Positions 17,434 to 26,014 of a stretch of 64,000 nt of DNA are shown in pieces. The stretch's first letter is position 1. Each line of letters opens with the position of its first letter. The position numbers were made by a program, and so were the translations under genes. Source of the stretch: a virus; the IMG/VR virus record IMGVR_UViG_3300046674_000314, positions 9,181 to 73,180 of that record; one strand, 5' to 3'. The notes beneath the pieces are model-generated. The model worked only from the letters and a program-made list of their open reading frames with translations. It searched no databases and had not been told where the DNA came from.

Positions 17434-18125
17434 TTGATTTTCCTCGCTTCTTCGGTGACTTGGTTGCTCAGATTGATCTTGTTGCCAAAATCTTGACCCT
17501 TATTGAAAGCGTCATGGTCTACGCTGCTGGCGCGGGCTTTGCGGTAGCGCAAGCCTTCCGGAAGCATCAATTCGTTAGCTGCTGCCTCGGTATCATAAAA
17601 GGATGCCAGAACCAGAGCGGTGCCGGGCGTCGCTGCCTCGCTTGCTGCCGCTTGGCTGGCTTTGATTTCCTTAACCCGAGCATGCAAGGCGTACATTGCG
17701 CCGACTGCAAAGCTACGGGTTCCCGGTGCCGTATTCTGGCCGTACATTTTGCGGCCTTCCTTCAGGATTGACTTAACGATCCAGTCAGCCATCACAGCCG
17801 CGGTCATCGCGTTGGATTCGCGTCCGATGAAATGGAATTTGTTTTGGCTAGTGCTGACCTTGCTGGACCAGACCTTGCAAAAGAACAGGTCGCCGATGAT
17901 ATTGTTGATCTGTCGCGCCCACTGCCACGAGAACGATTGGTTCTCGAAGTCAATGCGCTTTTCTTGTTTGCTTTCGCCGTGTGCCTCGACTGCTGCCATG
18001 TCGAGGTTATGCTTTGCCATCAAGTTATAGGCCATGCGCAAAGCGTTATCGCGCTCGCCTTCGCTTGCTGCGAGGTCGTTAGCGAGATTCAACATTTTTT
18101 GAATACGGCCGAAAATCTTTTCCAT
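17430..18125 (-). CDS. DUF2786-domain protein
   Basis: RIQKML.LA....SEGE...AL.MA..LMAKHNL N-terminus and G...G..INL..QV C-terminus. Confidence 0.8.
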   Translation of the reverse strand: MEKIFGRIQKMLNLANDLAASEGERDNALRMAYNLMAKHNLDMAAVEAHGESKQEKRIDFENQSFSWQWARQINNIIGDLFFCKVWSSKVSTSQNKFHFIGRESNAMTAAVMADWIVKSILKEGRKMYGQNTAPGTRSFAVGAMYALHARVKEIKASQAAASEAATPGTALVLASFYDTEAAANELMLPEGLRYRKARASSVDHDAFNKGQDFGNKINLSNQVTEEARKIK

Positions 18126-18207
18126 GATGTTTATCCTATTAGTCGGTTAATTGACCCCGAGATTTAGCCGCTTCGGGGCTGGGCGCGTTCTCTGCATCCA
18201 TGAATCT

Positions 18208-18236
18208 ATTATAGCTGACTCAGTCTGGAACGCACG
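18208..18236 (-). promoter_or_regulatory. phage promoter CGTGCG-N17-TATAAT-AGATTCATGG
   Basis: Consensus copy. Confidence 0.78.
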
Positions 18237-18526
18237 AAGATTTAGTGCCCCTTGCTATCAAAAAGATAGTTCCAAAAAGCCTTCACCGCAGCGAAGACTA
18301 CCCACATCAACAGGAATTTCAGCCCGTAGGCGATGGCGCTCATGCCAGCAGGTAGGCCAGATAAACGGCCGCAATGAATGTCAGGGATTCGTACATTTTG
18401 TTTCGCTCCAAAGCAAGTTAAGGAATGCAGCAGCTACGCGGGCTTTCATCCGACTGCGGTATGTGGCTACAACCCGCATTTGCCCGCAATGCTGCGTGAC
18501 AACATCGCAATCGACGGCAACAAATT

Positions 18527-18793
18527 TCATGACTTGAAGTATCCGCTGAATTCATCACCAAGAGTGCAGACGAAAACATATCCGCGCTCCGTTTCGCCAG
18601 CCACCCACAATGCATCCTTCGGAATCGACGTCAGATACTGGCGGACGAAAAGCATTGCTGCCGCTGCATGGTTATCGCGCTCACCGGGTTCGTGATCGTA
18701 AGGTACTTCGATGAAGTGATCGTTGGCAACAGCCCGGATCACAGCACCCCGGCGGTTGGTAGGTCCAAGGTACTTCGTTTCGATTGCGAGCAT
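18527..18793 (-). CDS. conserved early phage protein (AIETKYLGPTN.RG..I.A family)
   Basis: Recognisable phage motif ending GYVFV. Confidence 0.7.
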   Translation of the reverse strand: MLAIETKYLGPTNRRGAVIRAVANDHFIEVPYDHEPGERDNHAAAAMLFVRQYLTSIPKDALWVAGETERGYVFVCTLGDEFSGYFKS

Positions 18794-18795
18794 GA

Positions 18796-18999
18796 TTAAA
18801 TCTCCGCGATATGAAGGTTACGAATTTCGCCCGAGTCAACAGCATCACCCCAAGCCCGGTAGATTTCGATGGCGTCCGCGGTCGTCGGGAAACCCGAGTG
18901 CGCCCAGCATTCAGCCATCGGCAACCAGCGCTCGTAGGTTACCATGTGGGTATAGCCCGCGCACTTCATCCGGAAAAGCTTTTCGTCGGTCAGCAACAT
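18796..18999 (-). CDS. hypothetical protein
   Basis: AAAAGGATGAAATC leader. Confidence 0.65.
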   Translation of the reverse strand: MLLTDEKLFRMKCAGYTHMVTYERWLPMAECWAHSGFPTTADAIEIYRAWGDAVDSGEIRNLHIAEI

Positions 19000-19011
19000 G
19001 ATTTCATCCTT

Positions 19012-19173
19012 TTAGTCGTTAGCTTGCGCGTGGCGCATGGCAACATCGCGCGCCTTCAGGATCACCTTCAGCGACCCAGTGATGTTCCACTTGTCGCCAT
19101 CCTTGGCTTCAACGATCTTTGCTTCTTCGTCGGTGCGATATTGAATTCCATTCAGTTCAAATTCGAGGAACAT
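19012..19173 (-). CDS. 53-aa hypothetical protein (MFLEFELNGIQYRTDEE...)
   Basis: Manual translation; same leader; promoter upstream. Confidence 0.65.
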   Translation of the reverse strand: MFLEFELNGIQYRTDEEAKIVEAKDGDKWNITGSLKVILKARDVAMRHAQAND

Positions 19174-19225
19174 TTGATTTCATCCTTTAGGTCAGGGGCT
19201 AGCGCGTTTCGCTAACCATGAATCT

Positions 19226-19254
19226 ATTATAGAGAATTCTTGGTATATCGCACA
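19226..19254 (-). promoter_or_regulatory. phage promoter TGTGCG-N17-TATAAT-AGATTCATGG
   Basis: Motif family member. Confidence 0.75.
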
Positions 19255-19420
19255 TTGAGAATTCTAATCAATCGGCTTAGTCCATCGCATCATTCAATTG
19301 GAAGACTAATCGGTTCGCTTCTATATTGAATTCATGCAAGGCAAATACGAATCTAATAGAAAATATTAATAAGATACGAGGAAATACCGAAACATCTACT
19401 CAATTCAGGGGCACACCATC

Positions 19421-19807
19421 ATGAGCGCAAAATTCTATGCGAGCAAATCGGCAGCGGTTCGTCACGCGGTTAACTATATCGGTGGCGATTGGGAAAAAGA
19501 GTATTTGGTACATGAGGTCGAACTACCGGATGGCGGAACGTACTTCGCTATCGTTTCTCGGAAACATGCGCTTGCGCCGATGCCAACCAGCAGAGGGTCA
19601 GCCGTATCTGAGCGGAAGACAGCTGTTGCGCCGTCCTTTATCCCGCGTTCGCGCATCAAGGGCGCCACGCGTCGGGTTTGGGATATTGCGGATTTAATGC
19701 AAGGCAAGGCCCGTAGAGAGGTCTTAGAAGAGTGCCGTCGACAGGGGATCGCATCAGGCACCGCAGCAACGCAGTACCAACGCTGGAAACAAGCGACGAG
19801 GAAATGA
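19421..19807 (+). CDS. protein with VWDIAD...GIASGTAATQYQRW domain (paralog 3), in opposite orientation to its neighbours
   Basis: Motif shared with three other genes; AT-rich upstream region; terminator downstream. Confidence 0.75.
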   Translation: MSAKFYASKSAAVRHAVNYIGGDWEKEYLVHEVELPDGGTYFAIVSRKHALAPMPTSRGSAVSERKTAVAPSFIPRSRIKGATRRVWDIADLMQGKARREVLEECRRQGIASGTAATQYQRWKQATRK

Positions 19808-19830
19808 TCTAGAAACGGGGCGTAGGTTTG

Positions 19831-19867
19831 GCGGCTGGCTCTAAAGGCGACCAGCCGTCTTTTTTTC
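19831..19867 (+). terminator. rho-independent terminator
   Basis: GCGGCTGG...CCAGCCGT followed by a T run. Confidence 0.7.
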
Positions 19868-19870
19868 GTC

Positions 19871-20083
19871 TTATATTTCCCTAGCCACAATCTCTAGCTG
19901 ATAGTTGCTGACTTCGTACAGGAAGTCACGACTTTCTTCGCTGCGGCCTTTGCTGGCCCATGCGCTAAACCAATTCTCTTTCTCGTACCCTTGGCTTTCG
20001 GCCGCAATTTCCAACAACTCCAATACTGCGCGTTCGTTGATAGGGTTGCCATTCCAGAAGCAGTTGATAATGGTGCGGCTCAT
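19871..20083 (-). CDS. hypothetical protein
   Basis: Short early-region ORF. Confidence 0.55.
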   Translation of the reverse strand: MSRTIINCFWNGNPINERAVLELLEIAAESQGYEKENWFSAWASKGRSEESRDFLYEVSNYQLEIVAREI

Positions 20084-20153
20084 TTCGTTTTGTATCCGGT
20101 TAGTCAAAGTGAGATTAGATTTTAGTCGCCGGTCTCCCGGCGCGCAACGTGAT

Positions 20154-20366
20154 TTAGTGTACCCGATCGAACATTTCGGTAGCTTGCTTGTACACCGGGT
20201 GCAGGATACCGACCGAATGCTTCAGCGAAACCAGCGCGCGTCGGCTCGCCTCTTTTAACATGCCTTGGTCGCGCAAATTCATGGCGTCCAGATAGGCGAG
20301 GATGGCGGACTCATGACCCGGCGCGTAGTTGCGGGCGAGTGCGAAAATTTGATTTACGGGAAACAT
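20154..20366 (-). CDS. conserved small phage protein (AL.SL.HSVGILHPVY family)
   Basis: Recognisable phage motif. Confidence 0.6.
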   Translation of the reverse strand: MFPVNQIFALARNYAPGHESAILAYLDAMNLRDQGMLKEASRRALVSLKHSVGILHPVYKQATEMFDRVH

Positions 20367-20379
20367 GGCGTCGGACTCT

Positions 20380-20541
20380 TCAGATGGTTTCATTTTCGAT
20401 GAAAGCAACTACTTCCTCGTTCGGCTCGTTGTTGTCGAGCCATTCGTTAGCATGCCCAAGCGTCGGGAAGGTCTCGTCTGAGTATCGGCAAACTTCACCG
20501 GTTTCCAAGATTAGCATGACCCGATAGCCGATGATTTCCAT
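20380..20541 (-). CDS. 53-aa acidic hypothetical protein (MEIIGYRVMLIL...)
   Basis: Manual translation; GGGGA RBS; directly behind a promoter. Confidence 0.55.
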   Translation of the reverse strand: MEIIGYRVMLILETGEVCRYSDETFPTLGHANEWLDNNEPNEEVVAFIENETI

Positions 20542-20592
20542 TTTCGTCCCCTGCGTCTAGCGGCTGGCGGGAATCGCCTAACCCATGCCTCT

Positions 20593-20621
20593 AGTATAGA
20601 CCTTCCTCATAAGATTGCACG
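20593..20621 (-). promoter_or_regulatory. phage promoter CGTGCA-N17-TATACT
   Basis: Motif family member, back-to-back with the primase promoter. Confidence 0.68.
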
Positions 20622-20634
20622 ATAATTCTATTAT

Positions 20635-20663
20635 TTGCGAGTTTCAGAATTCTAATATAGAAT
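20635..20663 (+). promoter_or_regulatory. sigma70-like promoter TTGCGA-N17-TAGAAT
   Basis: Upstream of the HTH and primase genes. Confidence 0.6.
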
Positions 20664-20703
20664 GCAATCCTGTCGAAATTCTCTATGACCGAAAGGGGAT
20701 GAA

Positions 20704-20916
20704 ATGAACACGCGTAGTAAACTCGCAGCAAAGGTACGGGAAATGCTCAATGATCCGTACCGCACCGAAACGCTCGCTAGCATTGCCGAACATTCGAACG
20801 TGTCGTTCGCTTTTCTGAATCGCTTTAAAGGTCCGATTGGCGAGACCGAAGTACCTAGTGCCGATAGACTCGAAAGACTCTATGAGTATCTCACCGGAAA
20901 GGAACTGGAGTTTTAA
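20704..20916 (+). CDS. small Cro/XRE-like helix-turn-helix protein
   Basis: LASIAEHSNVSFAFLNRF...PSADRLERLYEYL; strong RBS. Confidence 0.75.
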   Translation: MNTRSKLAAKVREMLNDPYRTETLASIAEHSNVSFAFLNRFKGPIGETEVPSADRLERLYEYLTGKELEF

Positions 20917-20920
20917 GCCC

Positions 20921-23212
20921 ATGTACCAAGCTACTCAATGGTGGGATAATATCCCCCATGCGATGCGAGACCATGCGCATTTCATGTGCGCGACCGATAA
21001 GAAAATACCATTCAATCCATATACTGGCTCGTTCGGCAAAGATGACCCTGCCAATTGGATGACCTATGGCGATGCTTGTTATTGGGCTGGCGATAAAGAT
21101 TTGGTGATCGGCTTTGTACCGAGACCCGATGACCCATTCGTTATCATCGACCTCGACAATAAGCCCGAAAGCAACATCAGCGCTGAAGACGCCGCGCTGC
21201 GCGATCAGCTATTGGCGTGGGCCATTGAGAATACCTACGTCGAGAAGTCATCGAGTGGGAATGGCTACCATGTGGTCATCACCGGCGCATTGCCAGCGGA
21301 TATTAACCGCGGTACAAAACGAGGCGTCGAGGCATATGCTAATAAGGGCTTCGTTATCCTGACGGGCAACATTATCAGCAAGACGCGGGAAATTGCGCAT
21401 TCGCCTAGTACTTGCGAATGGCTTTATGCGACCTATGCCGCAGGTACAGCCACTGATCGGTCAGAAGGGAATGACTTTTATTCTCTGAATCAGGAACAGA
21501 TCAACAATCCCCCGCAATGGGAGCTTGACGAAGACCAAAAGTTTTTGGATTCAATCAAAGGCTGGAAAAATGAGAACAAGATTCGTTCCTGGTTCTATGC
21601 TGAAGATACCGATGCGACCGGGGTAGGCGGATCGGTTGGCGATTTACAATTGGTACAGCTGTTTGTTGAATTCACCCGAAAGCGCAAGTATCCGGATGAA
21701 TCGGCAATGCGTATGTTTCTTCGCTCGCCGCGTGGTCGCAAGCTTGGGCGCAAAAACGGATCGTGGCCTAAATATTGCATGACCACATTGCTAGCTGCAA
21801 AGAATATGGTTGCTAGCGGCAAAGAAAAACAAACGGGCTTGGCTGAAGGCGTGAACAATATGTTGGCTGAATTTGAAGCCAAGCGCTTGCAGCATGCGGA
21901 ACTGCATACCGCTAATACATTGAATCGTGCAGCCGGTATCCCGATGCCGCAAGTGCCGAATATGCCCCCAGTGGTTTACAAGCACAAATTTGATTTCCTA
22001 AAGCCCAGCGACATTTTAAGCGAAAGCCCTTTGGAGTGGGCGCTCGAAAACGTTTTTCAAATGCGCTCGGTCAATGCTATTTACGGCTGGTCTGGCGTCG
22101 GCAAGTCGTTTGTAGCTATTGACTTAATGTTTGCATTTGCCGAAGGTCGGGAATGGTTCGGCCATGAAACGCAACAACTGAGCGTGACCTATCTTGCGCT
22201 TGAAGGTGGCGATGGTTTGCGTAACCGCTTGCATGCTTATATGCACGGTTCTAAAAAACATAGCTTGCCTGATAGCATCGACATTTATCGGGGCAAATTC
22301 AATTTGCGTTCTAAGGAAATGATCGGTGAGTTTATTGACCAGCGCAAACAGGCTGAAGCTTTCGGCGGCGTAATCTTTATTGACACCTTTGCGAAAGCTA
22401 TACCGGGCGCCGATGAAAATAGCGCAAATGATATGGGAGACGCAGTTGTAGCTGCCGAATTGATGAAAGATCAGTTGGGTGCGTGCGTCATTATCGTTCA
22501 CCACAGTACCAAGCCTGATAAGGTGACCGGAATTGCGGGCGGCTTGCGCGGATCGGGCGCTATTCAAGCCGGTATTGATGGCGTGATGCAGGTTGCCAAG
22601 CGTGAAGAGTGGGACGAGAAAAATGGAACGCTCATTAGCCGCACGCGCTTTATTGTTATGGACAAAGTGAAGGATGGCGAGGACGGTACCCATTATCCGT
22701 TTGATCTTCCGAAAGTCAAGATCGGTGAGCGCACCCGAAAGAGCGGGGAAATTGTTGATGTATTCTCATGCCATGTGGTCAATTTGCGCGACCAAGTGAA
22801 CAGCAGAATCGCGCCGGTTGCAAGCAATAATGTGCCGACCTATAGCGAAGCCGAACATGCAGGAACAGCAGCGACCCGAGTGCCGAAAGCACCGCGCAGT
22901 GGAGCCAAGTCACAAAGTGCAGCGAATGAGCAACACGCAAATAGCTATGAGTGGGCGCAATTGATACAGACCGCGTTGACCTTAGATGCGCAAAGAACCC
23001 ACTTTGCAAATAAGGGAAAGTTTGGGGCGCCACCAGATAAAACCGCAACCCCTAGAAGCGCCCTTGTGAATCTCGTTTGGGAGATTGCGAACCCGCCAGA
23101 ATTGACCCGAGAGTTGAAAAAGGCTTTGATGAATACGTTAGATTACCAATATAAAAGTGGTAAAATTGGGCGCGCTATGAACGATGGTACTCAATACTTT
23201 TGGCAAAGTTAG
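20921..23212 (+). CDS. primase-polymerase (AEP-like) fused to a RecA-like AAA_25 helicase
   Basis: IIDLD, E.SSSGNGYH and VEAY...F..LTG at the N-terminus; GWSGVGKS, IFIDT, IVHH and LRGSG in the helicase part. Confidence 0.88.
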   Translation: MYQATQWWDNIPHAMRDHAHFMCATDKKIPFNPYTGSFGKDDPANWMTYGDACYWAGDKDLVIGFVPRPDDPFVIIDLDNKPESNISAEDAALRDQLLAWAIENTYVEKSSSGNGYHVVITGALPADINRGTKRGVEAYANKGFVILTGNIISKTREIAHSPSTCEWLYATYAAGTATDRSEGNDFYSLNQEQINNPPQWELDEDQKFLDSIKGWKNENKIRSWFYAEDTDATGVGGSVGDLQLVQLFVEFTRKRKYPDESAMRMFLRSPRGRKLGRKNGSWPKYCMTTLLAAKNMVASGKEKQTGLAEGVNNMLAEFEAKRLQHAELHTANTLNRAAGIPMPQVPNMPPVVYKHKFDFLKPSDILSESPLEWALENVFQMRSVNAIYGWSGVGKSFVAIDLMFAFAEGREWFGHETQQLSVTYLALEGGDGLRNRLHAYMHGSKKHSLPDSIDIYRGKFNLRSKEMIGEFIDQRKQAEAFGGVIFIDTFAKAIPGADENSANDMGDAVVAAELMKDQLGACVIIVHHSTKPDKVTGIAGGLRGSGAIQAGIDGVMQVAKREEWDEKNGTLISRTRFIVMDKVKDGEDGTHYPFDLPKVKIGERTRKSGEIVDVFSCHVVNLRDQVNSRIAPVASNNVPTYSEAEHAGTAATRVPKAPRSGAKSQSAANEQHANSYEWAQLIQTALTLDAQRTHFANKGKFGAPPDKTATPRSALVNLVWEIANPPELTRELKKALMNTLDYQYKSGKIGRAMNDGTQYFWQS

Positions 23213-23215
23213 ATG

Positions 23216-23351
23216 GTCTGAATATAATGGTCTGAGTCTGAAAATTGTCTGAATCGTCAGACCGTTTTTCAGACAATTCAGACCAATTCAGACCATTTTC
23301 AGACATGCGGTCTGAATCCTTATGGGATAAGGGATGTAGCGAGTTTCAGAC
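23216..23351. repeat. iteron-like GTCTGA/TCAGAC array, probable replication origin
   Basis: 11 copies in ~135 bp directly after the primase-helicase stop codon. Confidence 0.7.
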
Positions 23352-23480
23352 TGGTCTTAATCCTTATGCGCGCGTCGCATAGCATTTCACCCTTTCAGGG
23401 ATGAAATATGCGGCGAAATGCGAAGGCAAATTTATTTTTCAGAATAGGTGAATTTTTCTAACTTTTTGGAGAAGTGAGAA

Positions 23481-23684
23481 ATGGGCTTTGATCGTAAGAT
23501 TGCGCAGTTGACAGCAAGTGGTGCAAACCTTTATTGCGTCGATGATACGGGTGGTGGATGGTGGCTGGATGAAAGCGGTACATGGAAACCATTACCTAAA
23601 CTTCCGTCTTTTATGGATACCGCGAATGAAGCGTATGCAATTGAAACGGCGCGAATTATTCGGGCAAGGGGGCAAGGTGGTTGA
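23481..23684 (+). CDS. hypothetical protein
   Basis: 67-aa ORF with GGAG RBS. Confidence 0.5.
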   Translation: MGFDRKIAQLTASGANLYCVDDTGGGWWLDESGTWKPLPKLPSFMDTANEAYAIETARIIRARGQGG

Positions 23685-23717
23685 AAGGTACAAACGTTTA
23701 CTTGGAGGACTAGAAAA

Positions 23718-24164
23718 ATGGGTACAGGAGTAGAAAGGGGTGATCCTGCTGGACTAGCGGGTGCTAGTGAGCATAGCCAGCAGGTAGCGTTGATGGCCGC
23801 GGTGGCGCAGTATGTGGAGAGCGAGCGGGCGCTGCGGTGGCTCTATGCGGTGCCGAATGGCGGGAGCCGTGGTAGCGATCAACGGTCGGCCATGATTCAA
23901 GGTGGCATGCTGAAGGCGGAAGGCGCGAAAGCGGGCGTGGCTGATCTTTGCTTACCTGTGGCTAGGCATGGCTATCACGCATTTTACATTGAGATGAAAA
24001 AGCCCGGTGGCGGCGCGCAGAGCAAAGAGCAAAAAGCTTTCGAGGTACATTGCCAGCAGGAAGGCAACCTCTATGCCATTTTCCACTACTGGCACGAAGC
24101 CTTTCGCGCGCTCATGTGGTACCTAGGCTTTGAGCATTCGAAAGCTTGGCCGCTGCCTTCGTGA
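23718..24164 (+). CDS. VRR-NUC / PD-(D/E)XK nuclease
   Basis: YAVPNGG, LKAEG.KAGVADL, IEMK and QSKEQK.F motifs. Confidence 0.88.
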   Translation: MGTGVERGDPAGLAGASEHSQQVALMAAVAQYVESERALRWLYAVPNGGSRGSDQRSAMIQGGMLKAEGAKAGVADLCLPVARHGYHAFYIEMKKPGGGAQSKEQKAFEVHCQQEGNLYAIFHYWHEAFRALMWYLGFEHSKAWPLPS

Positions 24165-24241
24165 GAGCCGATTTCGGATTATCGGGATCAGCAGAGCATA
24201 TTCGCCCTATCCGATCCCGATTTAGCCAGCCAGAATCGCAA

Positions 24242-24781
24242 TCACTTGGAATTAAAGCGCTTGCTGGCCTCCGCTGCCGCTGCCTCATTCGCCTTTGCCG
24301 AATCATTCGCCTTTTTCCAAGCCTGATACTGGGTACGGGCGGTGCCGCTAGCGATCCCGCGCGCCACGCATTCGTCCTGCACTTCTTTGCGGCTGGGCTT
24401 CGGCAAGCCCGCCGCGAGCGCTGCCGCGATCATTTCATCGGCAATCGCCCAGACTCGCTTAACCGGGCGTTCGACCGAGCTAAGGCGCACCCACAGCTTG
24501 CCATTGAGCGTTGATTCGCTCGCTTGCGCATTGGCGATGCGTTCGGCTTCTTCTTCGAGCGCGGCCGTATCCACTTCAAAATCGCTTGCCTTCGGGAAGG
24601 TCCATACATCGGTCTTGCTGGCTTCGGTCAGGCAAGCTTGCCATGCATTCGAGCGGTCAATCGGCTGGCGAATTTGCACCGTCCATGCGCCATCCACTTT
24701 TTCCACAAAGGCGCTTTCTTTCCATGCGGCGCCAAAGTTTTTGCGAGCGGCATTCATTGCGGCGATATTGGTGGCAAACAT
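24242..24781 (-). CDS. protein with VWAIAD...GIASGTARTQYQAW domain (paralog 4)
   Basis: Shared motif; AGGAGAG RBS; own promoter. Confidence 0.8.
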   Translation of the reverse strand: MFATNIAAMNAARKNFGAAWKESAFVEKVDGAWTVQIRQPIDRSNAWQACLTEASKTDVWTFPKASDFEVDTAALEEEAERIANAQASESTLNGKLWVRLSSVERPVKRVWAIADEMIAAALAAGLPKPSRKEVQDECVARGIASGTARTQYQAWKKANDSAKANEAAAAEASKRFNSK

Positions 24782-24851
24782 TTTCTCTCTCCTGAAAGTC
24801 AAAAAAGTGGGATCAACCGCTCTAGTGGATCGAATACGAATCCATGTAGAG

Positions 24852-24881
24852 ATTATAGAAGTGTAATCTGTCTAGCGCACG
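24852..24881 (-). promoter_or_regulatory. phage promoter CGTGCG-N18-TATAAT
   Basis: Motif family member. Confidence 0.7.
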
Positions 24882-24913
24882 AATTAGTTTCATGCGCTAT
24901 GCGGATTAGACTT

Positions 24914-25156
24914 TCAGAGTGAATCCATATCGCTATCGACTATGCGTCCAGCCTTCAGATAGAGCAGCCAATTGACGCCTTGACATTCGACCATCGCCAT
25001 CTTCGTCGCATTCGGAATATGCTCTTCTTCGTCGATGCCTGCAAATTCGATTTCGCAGCCGCAAGCCAGCAGTTCGAGGTAGAGTTGGCGGTGCTCGCCT
25101 TTGATGCAGAGCGTGGCCAATTCTTTGATGCCTTTGCTGATGATTTGCTTTTTCAT
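24914..25156 (-). CDS. hypothetical protein
   Basis: 80-aa ORF with AGGA RBS. Confidence 0.6.
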   Translation of the reverse strand: MKKQIISKGIKELATLCIKGEHRQLYLELLACGCEIEFAGIDEEEHIPNATKMAMVECQGVNWLLYLKAGRIVDSDMDSL

Positions 25157-25212
25157 GGTGATCTATCCTATTCGTCTTTGGCTGCTGCGGGCTTGCTGCA
25201 TCCATGAATAGA

Positions 25213-25241
25213 ATTATAGATCATGGCGTTTAAAAGGCACG
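25213..25241 (-). promoter_or_regulatory. phage promoter CGTGCC-N17-TATAAT
   Basis: Motif family member. Confidence 0.7.
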
Positions 25242-25503
25242 AGAAAAATAGAAAAATCTCGAAAATATATGCTATGCCCTTGCGGCGCGTTTATAGCCCC
25301 TTGGCGGGCTTGGTGGCCTAATAGATAGCAGAGCATAGGCGAAGGCCCGCGAGCGGCATGTCACGAATCATGCCAGAACTACTCTTATATAAGACTGAAG
25401 ATTACTCTTGTATAAGAGTATGCTGGCAAAGAACATGCCAGCTTGCGCTTTTTAGCTCGAACATTATATCTATCGGGTCACGGGAAGCCCATAGGCGTTA
25501 GCT

Positions 25504-25531
25504 ATTTACCATAATGGGCATTATCGAAGAA
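25504..25531 (-). other. XerCD dif-like recombination site
   Basis: Minus strand TTCTTCGATAA-TGCCCA-TTATGGTAAAT: 11-6-11 architecture with a XerD-type arm. Confidence 0.6.
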
Positions 25532-25690
25532 TTTGCGAAGGCAATGATTGCGATAGCTAAGAGGTACTGTTGCCCGATAGGCTGGCTATCAATGTTCGAT
25601 AGAAAATATTGATTAGACGATTTCGCGCGCTAATCTATAATTCTCTTTAAGCGATGCAGCCCGCAGCGCTCCGATCAACAGGATAAGATC

Positions 25691-25903
25691 ATGAGATTCG
25701 TAGCCAAGCTGACGCACCGCAATTTCGCCAATGTTACCTATGGGTACGGCGAGAATCAGCGTGATGCCGTTCTGAACGCGTTGGATAAGCTTGGTTCGGT
25801 TTTCTTTTGCTCGTTTGATACGATGGTATCGATCTACAGCGAGAGCGAGCGAGGGGAAGTGCAATCGGTCTGGCTCGGTGAATTGTGTCACTTCAAAGGC
25901 TGA
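25691..25903 (+). CDS. hypothetical early protein
   Basis: TATAAT at 25636 and GGATAAGATC-ATG leader. Confidence 0.55.
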   Translation: MRFVAKLTHRNFANVTYGYGENQRDAVLNALDKLGSVFFCSFDTMVSIYSESERGEVQSVWLGELCHFKG

Positions 25904-25935
25904 TGCGTGGCGGGGTACTGTTTCCTCAAATTCTT

Positions 25936-25964
25936 CGTGCGCTTTCGGATAGGTAATCTATAAT
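25936..25964 (+). promoter_or_regulatory. phage promoter CGTGCG-N17-TATAAT
   Basis: Plus-strand consensus copy, followed by TCTCTTCATGG. Confidence 0.75.
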
Positions 25965-26014
25965 TCTCTTCATGGGCTGGCGCTGGGCTGGCCCGAGACG
26001 AAGGGGATAAGATC

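Noticed and set aside
20704-20916. Lysogeny switch (cI/cro) with integrase
   Set aside because: Only a single small HTH gene; no S24 peptidase repressor, integrase or parAB recognised.
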